A stretch of 63,962 nt of DNA, filler included, from Sanchytrium tribonematis (Eukaryota), in NCBI GenBank assembly GCA_018985235.1. It is 6 parts of 6 records of this genome, joined end to end, with 100 filler letters (N's around TTAATTAATTAA, not from the genome) between each part and the next. Parts side by side here need not be neighbours in the genome. Positions count along the whole stretch, not along the records: positions 32,745 to 43,497 come from JADGIG010000283.1; positions 43,598 to 54,323 come from JADGIG010000285.1; 4 more parts are not named here. One strand, given 5' to 3'. Each line of letters starts with the position of its first letter. Within the stretch, counting starts at the first letter, position 1. A model generated the notes under the pieces. That model had not been told where the DNA came from and ran no database searches. It worked only from the letters and a program-made list of their open reading frames with translations. This document shows positions 42,671 through 54,423 of the stretch, piece by piece. A program made the position numbers and the translations under genes.

Positions 42671-42720
42671 ATGTTTTATAAACCCCACAAAATGTAAACA
42701 AGTTAGAAATTGAGTTTATT

Positions 42721-43233
42721 CTATATTTTCCAACCCAGATTTTCCATAACATGTCGCATGCCTCTTTGTGCTTTTTTGACGTTTTCTTTATACGTTGTTA
42801 GGCAAAATTGCTCGATGTAAGAATTCCACGAATGAATATTTGTGTCAATGTGAACAACAACTCCTGCAACATTTTCTCCAATTTTTTTGTTAAATTGGGT
42901 CGTGTTTTCAATGGTTTGATGTTCGACCATAGTCATAAACTTTTTGTGAGAAATATTCATGTTGTGTGCACTTATTTTATCTTCGTCGATAGTTATGACT
43001 TCTAAAATAAAAGCCTTCCTACTGTTAATGAGAAATGGCACACTTATCTTCGAAGTTTTGGTATGTAACTTTTCAACAATCATGGAAATTTTTCCATTAA
43101 TTGTAGTAGTGTATGCTTTCACCGTATCACTAGCAATAACGTGACTAGAATGGGGATTCGGATATCTCGAAAGTATAGGATAGTCGTGTAATGAGATATT
43201 TGGATAAAAAAATTGCTTTGTAAAGTTAATCAT
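42721..43233 (-). CDS. PRELI/MSF1 (Ups) mitochondrial lipid-transfer protein
   Basis: RYPNPHSSHVIASD, N.SH...M...E, ENVKKAQRGM. Confidence 0.85.
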   Translation of the reverse strand: MINFTKQFFYPNISLHDYPILSRYPNPHSSHVIASDTVKAYTTTINGKISMIVEKLHTKTSKISVPFLINSRKAFILEVITIDEDKISAHNMNISHKKFMTMVEHQTIENTTQFNKKIGENVAGVVVHIDTNIHSWNSYIEQFCLTTYKENVKKAQRGMRHVMENLGWKI

Positions 43234-43497
43234 AGATTCGGCGTTTTATGTTGTCTCCTTAAGAATTGAGGGATTTTACTCTATACGTACCAAGTCTAAA
43301 GAATCTAATTTTTAAAACTTCATTAATGAAGTGCCTTGCTTAAATTGTCCACGGTAGAATTTGAAAACACCACTTTCAAGCGAAAATAATAACCCTAGTT
43401 TCATGGACGAGCACTTGAGTTATGAGCTAAGTTTGCTCAATATTGATTTTAATGATTCTGGTACAGCAATGCAGGATTTGTTAAATTTAGTCAAGCA

Positions 43498-43597
43498 NNN
43501 NNNNNNNNNNNNNNNNNNNNNNNNNNNNNNNNNNNNNNNNNTTAATTAATTAANNNNNNNNNNNNNNNNNNNNNNNNNNNNNNNNNNNNNNNNNNNN
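43498..43597. other. Artificial contig linker
   Basis: N run with TTAATTAATTAA. Confidence 0.98.
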
Positions 43598-43730
43598 TAA
43601 GGAATAATGTAAATTTTTGTAATGTCGATTTGTTCAACACACACTTTCGGGAATATCAGGTACTTCCTCATAGAACAAGACCTAAAATGAAAATGAACAC
43701 TAGTTGTGGTGGAATTGTTGTGGCGACGCG

Positions 43731-43776
43731 TATATATTCAGAATAAAATTTTCAAAAGTTTTTGTAATTTTCAATC
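43731..43776 (+). repeat. Direct repeat copy 1 (~45 bp)
   Basis: TATATATTCAGAATAAAATTTTCAAAAGTTTTTGTAATTTTCAATC, similar to 51329-51372. Confidence 0.75.
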
Positions 43777-43790
43777 CCCTAATTTAAGGG

Positions 43791-46700
43791 ATGAGACGAA
43801 AAAAAATTGGCTGTCCTAGTGATTCTAAAAAGCGAAATTTTCTTGGGAAATATTTTGATTTTCCCCAAGATTATACTACGGAGCTTTTAGACCCTGATGT
43901 ATGCGGAAAGCTATTGAATAGCATTATTGAAATGCAAGACCCTCTGGAGAGTTTATGTAGAATAGCGAAAAGCAAATACGGAGTAACTTCCATATCCGCA
44001 ATTTTTAAGAATCTAAATTTAGACGGAATATTTTGCCAAAAATATGTTATTCCTTTCTTTGGATATTTTAAGAATGCTATGTCTATAGGCAGCAATTCAA
44101 GTCTTGAACGCTTGTTAAGTGAAATTTACGATTCCTGTAATAGTTGCCATACTGATATGTTTGAGTTGTACTTAGGTCAGTTTCCTAATGGTAAGGGTAG
44201 AGTAGTTATCGCTTGGTTTTGTTTAATTCTGTTGAGATCTAACTCAGGTTCTGCCATTAAAGAAGATGATAAACTGAAGGACTTGCATGATTTGCTCTTA
44301 CGATCTCCATCAGACGAATTAAAAGTGATTCTAAAGCAAATTGATGTTCTAGTAGGACATAAAAATCAATATACATTAGATAATAGTGGTGATCGACACT
44401 CTAATGATTCAAAAGACATAAAATCGATAAATATTTGTCCACCAAAGGATGAAATTATGTCAAAAAATACACCATTTCTTCCGAACGGAGAAATTGCATG
44501 CAGAAATGGCGACATTGCTATTTACTACTCGTGGCTTTTTCGTTATCTTAGATATGACTCTATTGGCCCTATTCAAGATGAAATACAAATTTTGGAGGGC
44601 TTTAAAAATGATAGTTTTGCCATCAAACAACGAAAATATTTAAAAAGAAAAACCTGGGTTATTCACAAGTTTTCATGTATAGATTTTGGAAAGGAATTGG
44701 CAGGCTTTAAAGCTCATTTGAAATTTAATGCTGACTTGAAGCAAAAGCTAGATTCGATTGATAGAGGAGCCGAAACAAATTCTGGACATGATGAAGGCGC
44801 TTATGAAAAGAAAATGAGAAATAAAAGTTCTAAAGAAATGATTTCTAAGAAACAAAAGGTCATTTCAAAATACTGGGATGATTCTAAAAACGAGAAACTA
44901 TTTAAAAAGGAAACTGTTGTCGCCATCTTAAAGAATGACAAATTGGAAAGATTGGGAGTAGTTGTAGAGAATTTCGGCCTAAAGTCGTTGGATCCAACCC
45001 TTTTAATTATGTTTGAAAATAATTTGGAATTCGATGCCACAGTTTTAGAATTGGATGATGATCTTGAGTATAAAGTCGTTTCTTTGTCAGCCTCATATTT
45101 TTCATTCATACATGTTTTAGAGAGATTGAAAAATGCTAGTACATTGCCGTTTGAAGACGAGTTTGTTGCAAACCAGATAGATTCAATTCCTCCCCAATAC
45201 TTGAAAGGAAACTTTAAGACATTCGTCGAAAAATTTGATAAATTTCCGCACAACCAAGACTTATCCAAGTTTTTGAATTTGAAAAAAGTTCCCATGATTT
45301 TGGACGAAAGTCAAAAACAAGCAGTCTCTTCTGCTTTCAATAATAGGGTTACTTTGATTCAAGGTCCTCCCGGTACAGGTAAAAGTTATTGCGGTGCTTT
45401 GATTGGCAAGATGATTTTCGACCATACAGATTTAAAGATATTATGTAGCGGTAAATCAATTTACCGAAGATCTTTTAGATTTTGGACTTCCGGAGACATC
45501 ATTTTGCAGAATTGGAGGTGGGAAAATGCCTGATAAGATTAAATGTCTAACTCTTTGGAATCAATTTAGTGCTACTAAAGAACATGTGGGTAATTTGCTG
45601 CACGAATGTGATATTATCAAAGCTGAAATTCAACAAGCAGAAAACGAGGTGAAGGAAATCAAAACTTTAAAGAGACAAGGGTGGAATTTAATACATGCTT
45701 ATTTGGGGCAATCAAATAGAGATTATTACAGGGCATTTCTTGTTCCACATTCAGATGGATTTAAAATTGCTGGAAAAGGCAAAAAAATTATGGATTCTTA
45801 CTATTTATTTGAGTCCTTTTTCGATGGTAAAAAAGCTAACCAAGGTATTTTAAAGTCGATAGAGTTAGATGACGATGGTAAAGTTTGGGACTTGCCATTA
45901 AATAGCCGCAAGCAACTGATTGAAAATTGGAGGTCAAAATTAATTAACGATCTTAGTATAACACTCCAAAACAACTGTTTTAAATATCAGTCCCTTAAGA
46001 TGGAAATTCAGGATCTTCAAAGGAATCAAGAAATTGAATTTATTCGCAAAAAAAGAGTATTAAGTTGTACGACATCGGGCGCCTCTAAATACTCATCACA
46101 TCTTGATGCGTATGGTGCTGATATTATAATTGTGGAAGAAGCTGGTGAAATTTTAGAATCTCATGTAGTTGCTAGTTTAAATGATAATTGCAAACATTTA
46201 ATTATGATAGGAGATCATCAGCAGCTGCGAGCCAAGGTCAATTTGTATGATTTGGCCGTTCAAAGTGGAAAAGGTCATAACCTCAATGTTTCCTTATTTG
46301 AACGTTTGATTAAAAACGGCTTTCGCTCCACAACTTTAAACTTACAGCACCGAATGAGACCCGAAGTCTCGGAATTTGCAAAAATAACTTATCCTGATTT
46401 GAAAGATGCTCCGAAAACTAAAAATAGAGCGAATCTTATGGGGTGTTTATCGAATATTATATTCGTCCATCATGAAAATCTTGAAACATCTTCTGAAGGC
46501 TCAGAGTCTGCATCGAAAACAAATGCAAGAGAAATTGATTTGATACTTGGTATTCTGAAGTATTTAATCCAAAATGGTTATAAAACAAGTCAAATTGTAA
46601 TATTGACTCCTTATTTAGCACAACTAGCAGCTATAAGAAATCAACTGTCTATTTTTTACAAAACGATTGTCAGTGACATGGACTCAGTTGATTTAGCGCG

Positions 46701-49700
46701 ATTCCAATTAGATTCATCCCAAGATGCGAGTCAAATTTCATCATTGCAAAGTAGGAAACTGGATGAGATTAGGGCTGCTACGGTAGATAATTTTCAGGGA
46801 GAAGAATCTGACATTGTGATCGCTTCAATGGTCAGAAGCAATGTCGAAGGCCTAATTGGCTTTTGTGGAGAGCCAGAGAGAGTTAATGTGTTGCTTTCAC
46901 GAGCTCGATTGGGTATGATAGTAATTGGAAATCGCCATACTTTTGATAGAGACGAAAAGAAAAATAACATGTGGCCAAAAGTATTCAAAATTATGGATGA
47001 GAGGAAATATGTTTTTCCTGGATTTCCAACAGTTTGTCAAATACATAGCAAGGAGCAACTTGTTATTTCGCCAAGTGATTTCGAAATTTTATCGCCTAAC
47101 GGTGGTTGCAATCAGGTTTGTGGGGTAAGTCTATATTGTGGTCACAAATGCACTCGCAAGTGCCATATTAGTGATAGATCTCACAAATATTTAAAATGTG
47201 GAGAGAAACAAATTTTTGTTTGTGAAAAATTGCATGACGTGCTCTTAAATTGTAGCACTACTGAAGATCCAAATAACCATTGTAAACAATGTAAGTTTGA
47301 AAACGAAAAAGCAAAGCTATTATTGAAACAGGCTGCTATTGATCAGGAAATTTTGGAATTGCAGCTGGAACTGAAGAAGCAAGAAGCCTTAGAGAATGAG
47401 AGTGAAGATTTGAAGAAAAAGCAAAAACAAAAAAAGGACTTGGAAAACCAGCTTCAAAAACTGAAGGATCCAGTGACTTTGAAAGTAACCAAAATGGTGA
47501 ACAAGTTTTCTATATTGAGCAACTTGCCCGATAGTATTGTATCAATTTTAGAATTAGTTGAAATTAAACTTGACGACTTAGTCGACCATGCACTTAGTGA
47601 TCCTTCTTTATTTTCTAAATTCGGATTAATTTGGGACTCTGCCATTGAAGATGTCTCAAATGAATACAAACTTGGCATCAACAAGTGCCTGGATTCTTGG
47701 ACAGATGGCCTAAAATATTTCCAAATGTCCCAATTAGCAGAAAAGGAGTTGTATTGTTCATTGTGTAGATTGATGGTGGGTGATGAATCTATTGACGAAG
47801 TCCCAAATGGAACTACACTTGTCTTTCACATGAGCAAATGTAAGCTGCATTTCATCAAAAAAGACTTTACAAAAGCGTTTGGGCACGGACTGTTATTTTT
47901 GACCTGTGTCAAATATTTGGGTGGCTGTAATCTGCCAAAGGACTGGGAAGCATTAATAATTTCTATGTTAAGCGATATAAAAAATATTGTTGAAAAATCT
48001 GTCTCCAATGGCTCGCCGGCAACATTGGCTTGGGTTAAATTGTGTTCAAAAGGACACAAAAGTACAGCAATGGAGAAACTGTTGAAATTGGAGGGACTGG
48101 AAAAAATCAAAAATCAGTTTATAAAAATATTTAAACTTATACAATTAGTTCGATCTCGATCGAATTCCGAAGCATTAATTGAAAAGAAAAGAATGAATAT
48201 TTTATTAATGGGAAACCCCGGCACAGGAAAAACTACTGTTGCTCGAATTTATGCCGAATATCTTGCAGAACTTGGTATTTTAAGCGGATCTGCTTTTGAG
48301 GAGACTACAGGTGCCAAACTAGTGCAAGGCGGCGTATCAGCTTTAAAAGAATGCTTGAAAAATATTGAGGAAAATGGTGGTGGACTACTTTTCGTTGATG
48401 AAGCCTACCAACTGGATCCATTAGTAGAAATGAATGGGAGGCACGTGATGGACCTTTTATTGACTGAAATTGAAAACAAAATTGGAAAATTAGTAGTCGC
48501 GTTTGCAGGCTATGAGAAAAAAATTGAAAAGTTAATGGCGTATAATGAAGGTTTGCCCAGTAGATTTCCATACCAGTTTGTTTTTGAGGATTACTCCGAC
48601 GAGTTGCTGGGCAAAATAATGCGAAAATTAATTGTAAGCAGTAATTTCGAAATTGAAGATGAGATATACTTCACTGGACTCACTCGAAGAATCGGGATGG
48701 GCCGTGGAAAGGAAGGATTTGGAAATGCTCGAACTGTACAGAATCAATTTGATAAAATGGTGGAGAGTCATTTTGAAAGGGTTTCAGATGACAACTCTGA
48801 CCATGATTTACTGACAGCTTACGATTTTCTAGGACCAAATCCCAGAATTGCGTTTGAAAAATCAGAATCTTGGAATGCTTTGAATTCAATGATAGGACTA
48901 AGCAAGGTAAAGTCGTCAATACAATCTTTCGTTGAGCTAGTTGAATCTAATTATAAAAATGAATTACAAGGGAAAAAACCAAATCACTGTTCGTTAAATA
49001 GAGTGCTTGTTGGAAATCCAGGAACAGGAAAAACAACTGTTGGACAATTATATGGGTGTATTCTTAAGGATTTGGGACTTTTGAGCAATGGTGATGTGGT
49101 TCTCAAGAATCCGTCTGATTTTATTGGCGATGTGATTGGTGCTTCAGAGAAAAACACAAAAGCAATTCTTGATAGCAGTGTGGGAAAGGTTTTAGTGATT
49201 GATGAGGCTTATGGATTTTACGACAAACACGATCCATTTAAGAAGGCTGTCATTGACACGATTGTCGCGGAGGTACAAAATGTCCCTGGTGATGATCGCT
49301 GCGTACTTTTGCTTGGATACGATGATCAAATGAGAGAGATGATGAACAAAAGCAATCCAGGACTTAGCAGAAGATTTAATATGAACAACGCTTTTGTATT
49401 TGATGATTATAATGACATTGAATTGATGCAAATATTAAATCTCAAACTAAAGCAACGTGATATTGTTTGCAGCACGCAAATCCAACAAGTTGCTGTACAA
49501 GTTCTGAGTAAGCAGAGGAACAAAAAGAATTTTGGAAATGGTGGTGCGGTTGAGTCTCTTATCAGCGAAGCATTGCTAAGAATGAGCAACCGAAAAGCTG
49601 AAGATTTAGCAGAGTTTGACTTTGATCCGGAATTTGGCAAGCCAAAGGTTTCCATTCAACTGCTGTTAGATTCAATGATTGGTAGTGAGAATATAAAAAA

Positions 49701-51176
49701 ATCTCTCACTAAATATCAAAAAGAGTATCTTGTAGCAGAAAAAACAGGAAGAAATCCTGAAATACCGATGGCGTTTCGATTTGTTGGTCCTCCCGGCACT
49801 GGAAAAACAAAAACAGCCCGTAAAATGGGAGAATTTTTTTATAATCTGGGGTTGCTTGGTTCAAGCAAAGTTATAGAAGCATCGGCTTCCGATTTAATTG
49901 GGCAATACGTGGGACAAACTAGTCCAAAAGTAGTTGAGGTATTAGAGAAAGGCTTAGGGCAAGTTTTGTTTATCGATGAAGCTTATAGACTAAACACCCC
50001 GGGATCTGGTGGATTTGCGAAGGAAGCATTAGATGAAATTGTGGACCAAATGACAAAGCCTCGGTTTTTTAAGAAATTAGTCGTTATTTTAGCGGGATAT
50101 AAAGAGGACGTCGACAAATTGATGAGCAGCAACCCAGGTTTGAAAAGTAGATTTCCAGAAGAAATTATTTTTGAAAATTTCTCCGCTGAACAATGTGATG
50201 AATTATTTCGCTCACACATCAAGAGCAAAAATTACAAAGTTAGTGGTCTAAGTCTCATCGAATATTTTGGCGAATTGCGTGACACTGAAAATTGGGGTAA
50301 TGGTAGAGATTTGAAAACCATGGGCGACTCTTTAATTTTGCTTATGAATAATCATGTTGATTTATCATGTCTAAATGCCGAATCTGAGATATTTATTCCT
50401 GATGAAATTGCGATTAAATTTCTTAATGATGAAATTGCACAGCGGAGAAACAGCAATTCTTCTCAACCTTTAGATGTAGAAACCATCGTATCAGCTATTC
50501 AGACAGAATCAAGCAACATTGCTGCTCCTAAAATCAAAACAGAATCAAAGATGAGGGTTAAGACTGAAATTAAATCAGAGGAAAAAGAGGAAAAAAAGAG
50601 GCCACAAAAAAAATCAAAAAGTGCTGATAAAAATCAACAGAATTCTGAGCGAGATCCTGGAATCAGCTTCTCAAGGATAAGAATAAAGTTAAAGAAAAAG
50701 ATCTGAAGCAACAGAAAATATTGAAAGCGGCATCTGATGCAAAATCTAGGGCCGATAAATTGATTAAAAGTCTGAAAGACTTAGAAATTATTCAAAAAAA
50801 TAAAATCAAGGAAAACGAGAAAATGGCTAAAAAGATTAAATTGATCCAGGAAAAGAAAGAACAGGACAAGCGCGACAAGGACGATATTTTGAAATTTCAG
50901 AAGTTGATCCTAAATGCGAATAAAAAGGTGGAAAATAGGATAAAAGAGGTTGAGGCTCAAAAGAAAGCAATTTTGTTGGCTGAAAAAAAGGCAAAGCAAG
51001 AAGCTGCGCGTGCTAAGGAAGTCATCATAGAGAAACAGAAAGAGAAAAAGATTCAGGAAAAATTAAAACATATTGGGCATTGCCCTGTGGGTTACCATTG
51101 GATAAAATCTAACGGTGGATATCGCTGTGCTGGAGGTTCTCATTTTGTATCTGATTCTCAAATCAATAAATATTAA
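43791..51176 (+). pseudogene. ZNFX1-like SF1 helicase + NFX1-type Cys fingers + three CbxX/SpoVK-like AAA modules, split by two frameshifts (~45447, ~50660)
   Basis: IQGPPGTGKS, VEEAGE, IGDHQQL, SLFERL, QHRM, TVDNFQGEE, RVNVLLSRAR; GNPGTGKTT x2, GPPGTGKT; terminal CPVGYHWIK..GGYRCAGGSHFV. Confidence 0.8.
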
Positions 51177-51328
51177 TAAGCGAAAATCTAGTCAGAGATA
51201 AAGTACCGAGAAATCGCACCAATGAAAAGATTTTGGGAAAATTGGAGTTATAATGTATAGAATTATTTGCAAATCAGGATTGAGGAAACGTCTACGGATT
51301 TAAATGGAAAACAGTGTTAATCATCTAA

Positions 51329-51372
51329 TATGTATTCAGAATAAATTTTCAAAAGTTTTCATATTTTCAATC
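51329..51372 (+). repeat. Direct repeat copy 2
   Basis: TATGTATTCAGAATAAATTTTCAAAAGTTTTCATATTTTCAATC. Confidence 0.75.
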
Positions 51373-51432
51373 ACTTCAATCCTTTCTGGCTCAGTCTTAC
51401 ACCATTACTACTTGCCGCCATCATTTTGTAAC

Positions 51433-51771
51433 ATGGGAATATGTCAAAGTCATGAAGTTCTTAAAGTAAAAATAAGTCAGTACAATCCAAACAATGTAAA
51501 TATGGTAGCTTTTGATACATTTAAAAACATGATTTATGATGATAGAATCAAAATTCAAAGGTATCTAGATTTAACTGACGATGAATTAAGGTTATTTATC
51601 GCCATATGCTTGGTTCGGCTACCACGAGACCCAGAATACATTTCTTTGGATACTTGCGGAATCATTTTTTATAAACCTCGCGCAATTTATCATTATGTTG
51701 AAACTTTTAAAATGAAAAAATGCCCAAATAAACCTATTCACTTATTTTTGAAAAAGAATAAGTATTTTTAA
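51433..51771 (+). CDS. Orphan protein with N-myristoylation/palmitoylation-type start MGICQS
   Basis: In-frame ATG 51433 gives the MGxCxS motif; upstream in-frame part overlaps the repeat. Confidence 0.5.
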   Translation: MGICQSHEVLKVKISQYNPNNVNMVAFDTFKNMIYDDRIKIQRYLDLTDDELRLFIAICLVRLPRDPEYISLDTCGIIFYKPRAIYHYVETFKMKKCPNKPIHLFLKKNKYF

Positions 51772-51885
51772 GACTATTGATAAGTAAATACCAGTTTAGA
51801 CTTGATTTTTAGAGGCACAATTGAATTGAATAACTTTCTATTGCGGAATCGAATTTTAATCAAGTTTTACCTTTGGGATTGATAC

Positions 51886-52218
51886 ATGGGAGAAGAGGAC
51901 GATTTTTCAATTAAAAATTCTCTCGTGGAAGATATTGCTAGGATGATGTATGCAAATGGTGATGACGAGGAACCCTATCAAGACACTGTAGAAATGATGG
52001 AACAAATGGTTTTTCAGTGTATTGTGGATGTATTTGTAAGAGGGCACAAATCCCAAAGATCTAGGTTAAATGTCAATGATGTCAAGTTCGCTTTACGCCA
52101 CAATCCACGCATGCTAAATAGGGTTGAAGATCTATTAAGAAAATATGAAGAAATAGAAAGAATGAGAAAGCAATTTGATACCAATGAATATGACTTGTTG
52201 GAAGAGCACAATGAATAA
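51886..52218 (+). CDS. TAF13: TFIID subunit Taf13
   Basis: MMYANGDDEEP..DTV, DVKFALR.NPR.LNRVEDLL, RKQFD. Confidence 0.85.
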   Translation: MGEEDDFSIKNSLVEDIARMMYANGDDEEPYQDTVEMMEQMVFQCIVDVFVRGHKSQRSRLNVNDVKFALRHNPRMLNRVEDLLRKYEEIERMRKQFDTNEYDLLEEHNE

Positions 52219-52225
52219 ACCTTTA

Positions 52226-52882
52226 CTAGTATGTATTTTGCGATTTCTCTTGCTTCTTTCGCTTCGCATATCGTAATCCGCATGCATTGCATAAAGTTTT
52301 TGCACCAGATGGGCCTTTTCTCCATTCAGGGCTTTCATTGGTGCCGCATTCGGTGCAAATTTTGTCTTCTGGATCCAATTTGTGTTTTTTGGTTACTTCT
52401 GCATGTCTTAATTCGTGACCATATCTTTCTTTAAGTTGCTCATTCTCGAATTTTAATTCAATTAAGCTATCCATTTGTGTGCTCACTTTACTTGGGTATT
52501 CTCGACACACATTCACGATATAACTACTTTTAGGCGTCTTCATTGGTTTTCCTCTTACTTCCAATATAATATAATCCGCATTTTTTCGTCTGAATCGATG
52601 CATTAGAGTGTATTCTCCAGATAGTTGCAAGCTCACTTGAAAATGTTTCGATAATCCTCGACCATCATCAGGATGAACAAATTCCCCGAGATATCTTCCA
52701 ACTAATTCACTGGGTTGGAATCCAGTCACTGGAAATGCACTTGGACTAGCATAAGTTATAATTCCAGAACCAGACACTACATATATAAAATCTGTGATTT
52801 GTTCAACTAGTTGTTGTGCCCAATCTGATGATTTGGTAAATTGCTCAAAAAACGAGCTTTTTGTAGTTTCTTCCAAGTCCAT
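52226..52882 (-). CDS. Compact PAS + GATA zinc-finger factor, White Collar-2-like
   Basis: [18 protein letters not shown]...[43 protein letters not shown]. Confidence 0.85.
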   Translation of the reverse strand: MDLEETTKSSFFEQFTKSSDWAQQLVEQITDFIYVVSGSGIITYASPSAFPVTGFQPSELVGRYLGEFVHPDDGRGLSKHFQVSLQLSGEYTLMHRFRRKNADYIILEVRGKPMKTPKSSYIVNVCREYPSKVSTQMDSLIELKFENEQLKERYGHELRHAEVTKKHKLDPEDKICTECGTNESPEWRKGPSGAKTLCNACGLRYAKRKKQEKSQNTY

Positions 52883-53075
52883 TTTAGAATGTGAAGGAGA
52901 ATGATTTGTTTTCGATCATGCCAAATAATTTAGAAAATTTTAATTTGTAAAATTTGTATTTGTTAAGCGAATAATGTTGCGATTGTTGATATTTTAAGCA
53001 TCGGTAATATGTGTGGTGTTCTTCATTCATAAACAATTAGAAAAATAATTTGAGATGCGATAAAGTTTTGTCCCT

Positions 53076-53811
53076 TGATTCACAAATTGACGATGACTCA
53101 TTTATAAAATCTTGGCAATTGAGATTTTTAAAAATTCACGATATAGCTAATTTGAGAGTGTTGCTGTGAGTTCAATTTTGTTATCCATGATTTTGTGTTG
53201 CATGAATAATTGATGCTTTTGATTAAAATTAGTTAGATCATTCCAAATATTATATATTTGTCGCTTTCAATTTTTATTTAAATCTCACAAATTCAATACA
53301 ATATAGATTAATTTTGAGGCTACATTGCAAATTTTAGAGATAGTTTATTGAGGATAGATTCGTGATTACGAGTAAGCTTAGATATAGGATAAGTTACTGC
53401 CTCCAAATGGTATTCATTGATATGCAAATAACCTGAATTTCGATGACGCAATTTTGTGCAATAAGCACGCCATTCCTGTTGGGAGTCAGCTTGAGCCATG
53501 CAGAGCGTGCATGACGTGATTTCATGCCTTAGAGTGTTATTTGAGAAATGTTTAAATTTTGTGTAATAATAGCATTATCAAACTGCTCACAGATATGGGA
53601 CTAGATTTGTACAATAATCGGATTGCGTCATTTTGGGCTATGACTCATCATGACAGCATGTACCAATCTAGATTTGAATTGTCTTACCTCCTAAATGGCG
53701 TCATTTTAACTGTTTCTGAGAAATTTGATTGGGTGATTTGGTATGTTTGGTTTGGGAATTGCCACGTCATTCCGTATTTTCGATTTTAGATTACCCGATA
53801 AGAAATATAAA
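53076..53811. promoter_or_regulatory. bZIP-site cluster and TATA box in a long divergent intergenic region
   Basis: ATGACTCAT x2, ATGACGCAAT x2 (inverted), ATGACGTG x2, ATGACGCC; TATAAA 53806-53811. Confidence 0.6.
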
Positions 53812-53840
53812 TCGCTAGGTCCCCTTACAATCGACTAAAG

Positions 53841-54122
53841 ATGCGTTGTACGACTCGATTCGATTGCTATGATCCAGAATGCTTTGACTTATCCCTAATG
53901 ATTGAGGGACTAATTCAGTCTGATCACTCTGAATGTTCAGACACCACCAAGCGAAAGCGAAAATTGTCGAGAGAAGTTGTGAGAATCTTCAATTGTGATT
54001 ATTACGGATGTACCAAGGCATATGGAACTGTGAGTCATTTGAACACTCATCGAAAGAAGAAGCGTCACGGCGGACCTGTCCTGAAGCGGGACTTGGAGCT
54101 GAATCCAATTAGATATCTATAA
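53841..54122 (+). CDS. Minimal Con7-like C2H2 zinc-finger protein
   Basis: KRKRKLSREVVRIFNCDYYGCTKAYGTVSHLNTHRKKKRHG. Confidence 0.8.
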   Translation: MRCTTRFDCYDPECFDLSLMIEGLIQSDHSECSDTTKRKRKLSREVVRIFNCDYYGCTKAYGTVSHLNTHRKKKRHGGPVLKRDLELNPIRYL

Positions 54123-54207
54123 CATAAATAAAAAAAACTAGAATTAGGTCAATTTATCCACAAAACATTAAATTGCCAGATTTGTGGCTTTTTGTGAAAC
54201 GATTTTC

Positions 54208-54323
54208 ATGCTTGAAACAAAACCCATCTATTTTGGAAATGAAGCGAAATATATTGTCATGCAGAAACAAGGTGGGAACTGTCCACTGATTGCTCTTATA
54301 AATTACCGATGCCTTTTAGACCA
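54208..54323 (+). CDS. MINDY-1/2 family deubiquitinase, N-terminal fragment
   Basis: TKPI....IVMQKQGGNCPLIALIN resembles the MINDY QNxNGPCPLLAI.N Cys motif; cut by contig end. Confidence 0.6.
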
Positions 54324-54423
54324 NNNNNNNNNNNNNNNNNNNNNNNNNNNNNNNNNNNNNNNNNNNNTTAATTAATTAANNNNNNNNNNNNNNNNNNNNN
54401 NNNNNNNNNNNNNNNNNNNNNNN
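54324..54423. other. Artificial contig linker
   Basis: N run with TTAATTAATTAA. Confidence 0.98.

Noticed and set aside
50590..50640. Programmed -1 frameshift at A-runs, or a 20-nt intron at 50621-50640, to repair the helicase-AAA C-terminus
   Set aside because: Both meet a TGA in the new frame before the conserved RDPG/WNQL junction
11015..54323. Three deubiquitinase genes (Ubp8, USP, MINDY) near the Ubl-bearing LINE as one system
   Set aside because: They lie on different contigs, so co-occurrence is coincidental
10823..54423. Regularly spaced TTAATTAATTAA palindromes in N runs as a biological repeat, and gene clustering across them
   Set aside because: Identical 100-nt linkers; enclosed contigs are 10814, 10808, 10753 and 10726 nt, sorted by size, so adjacency is artificial
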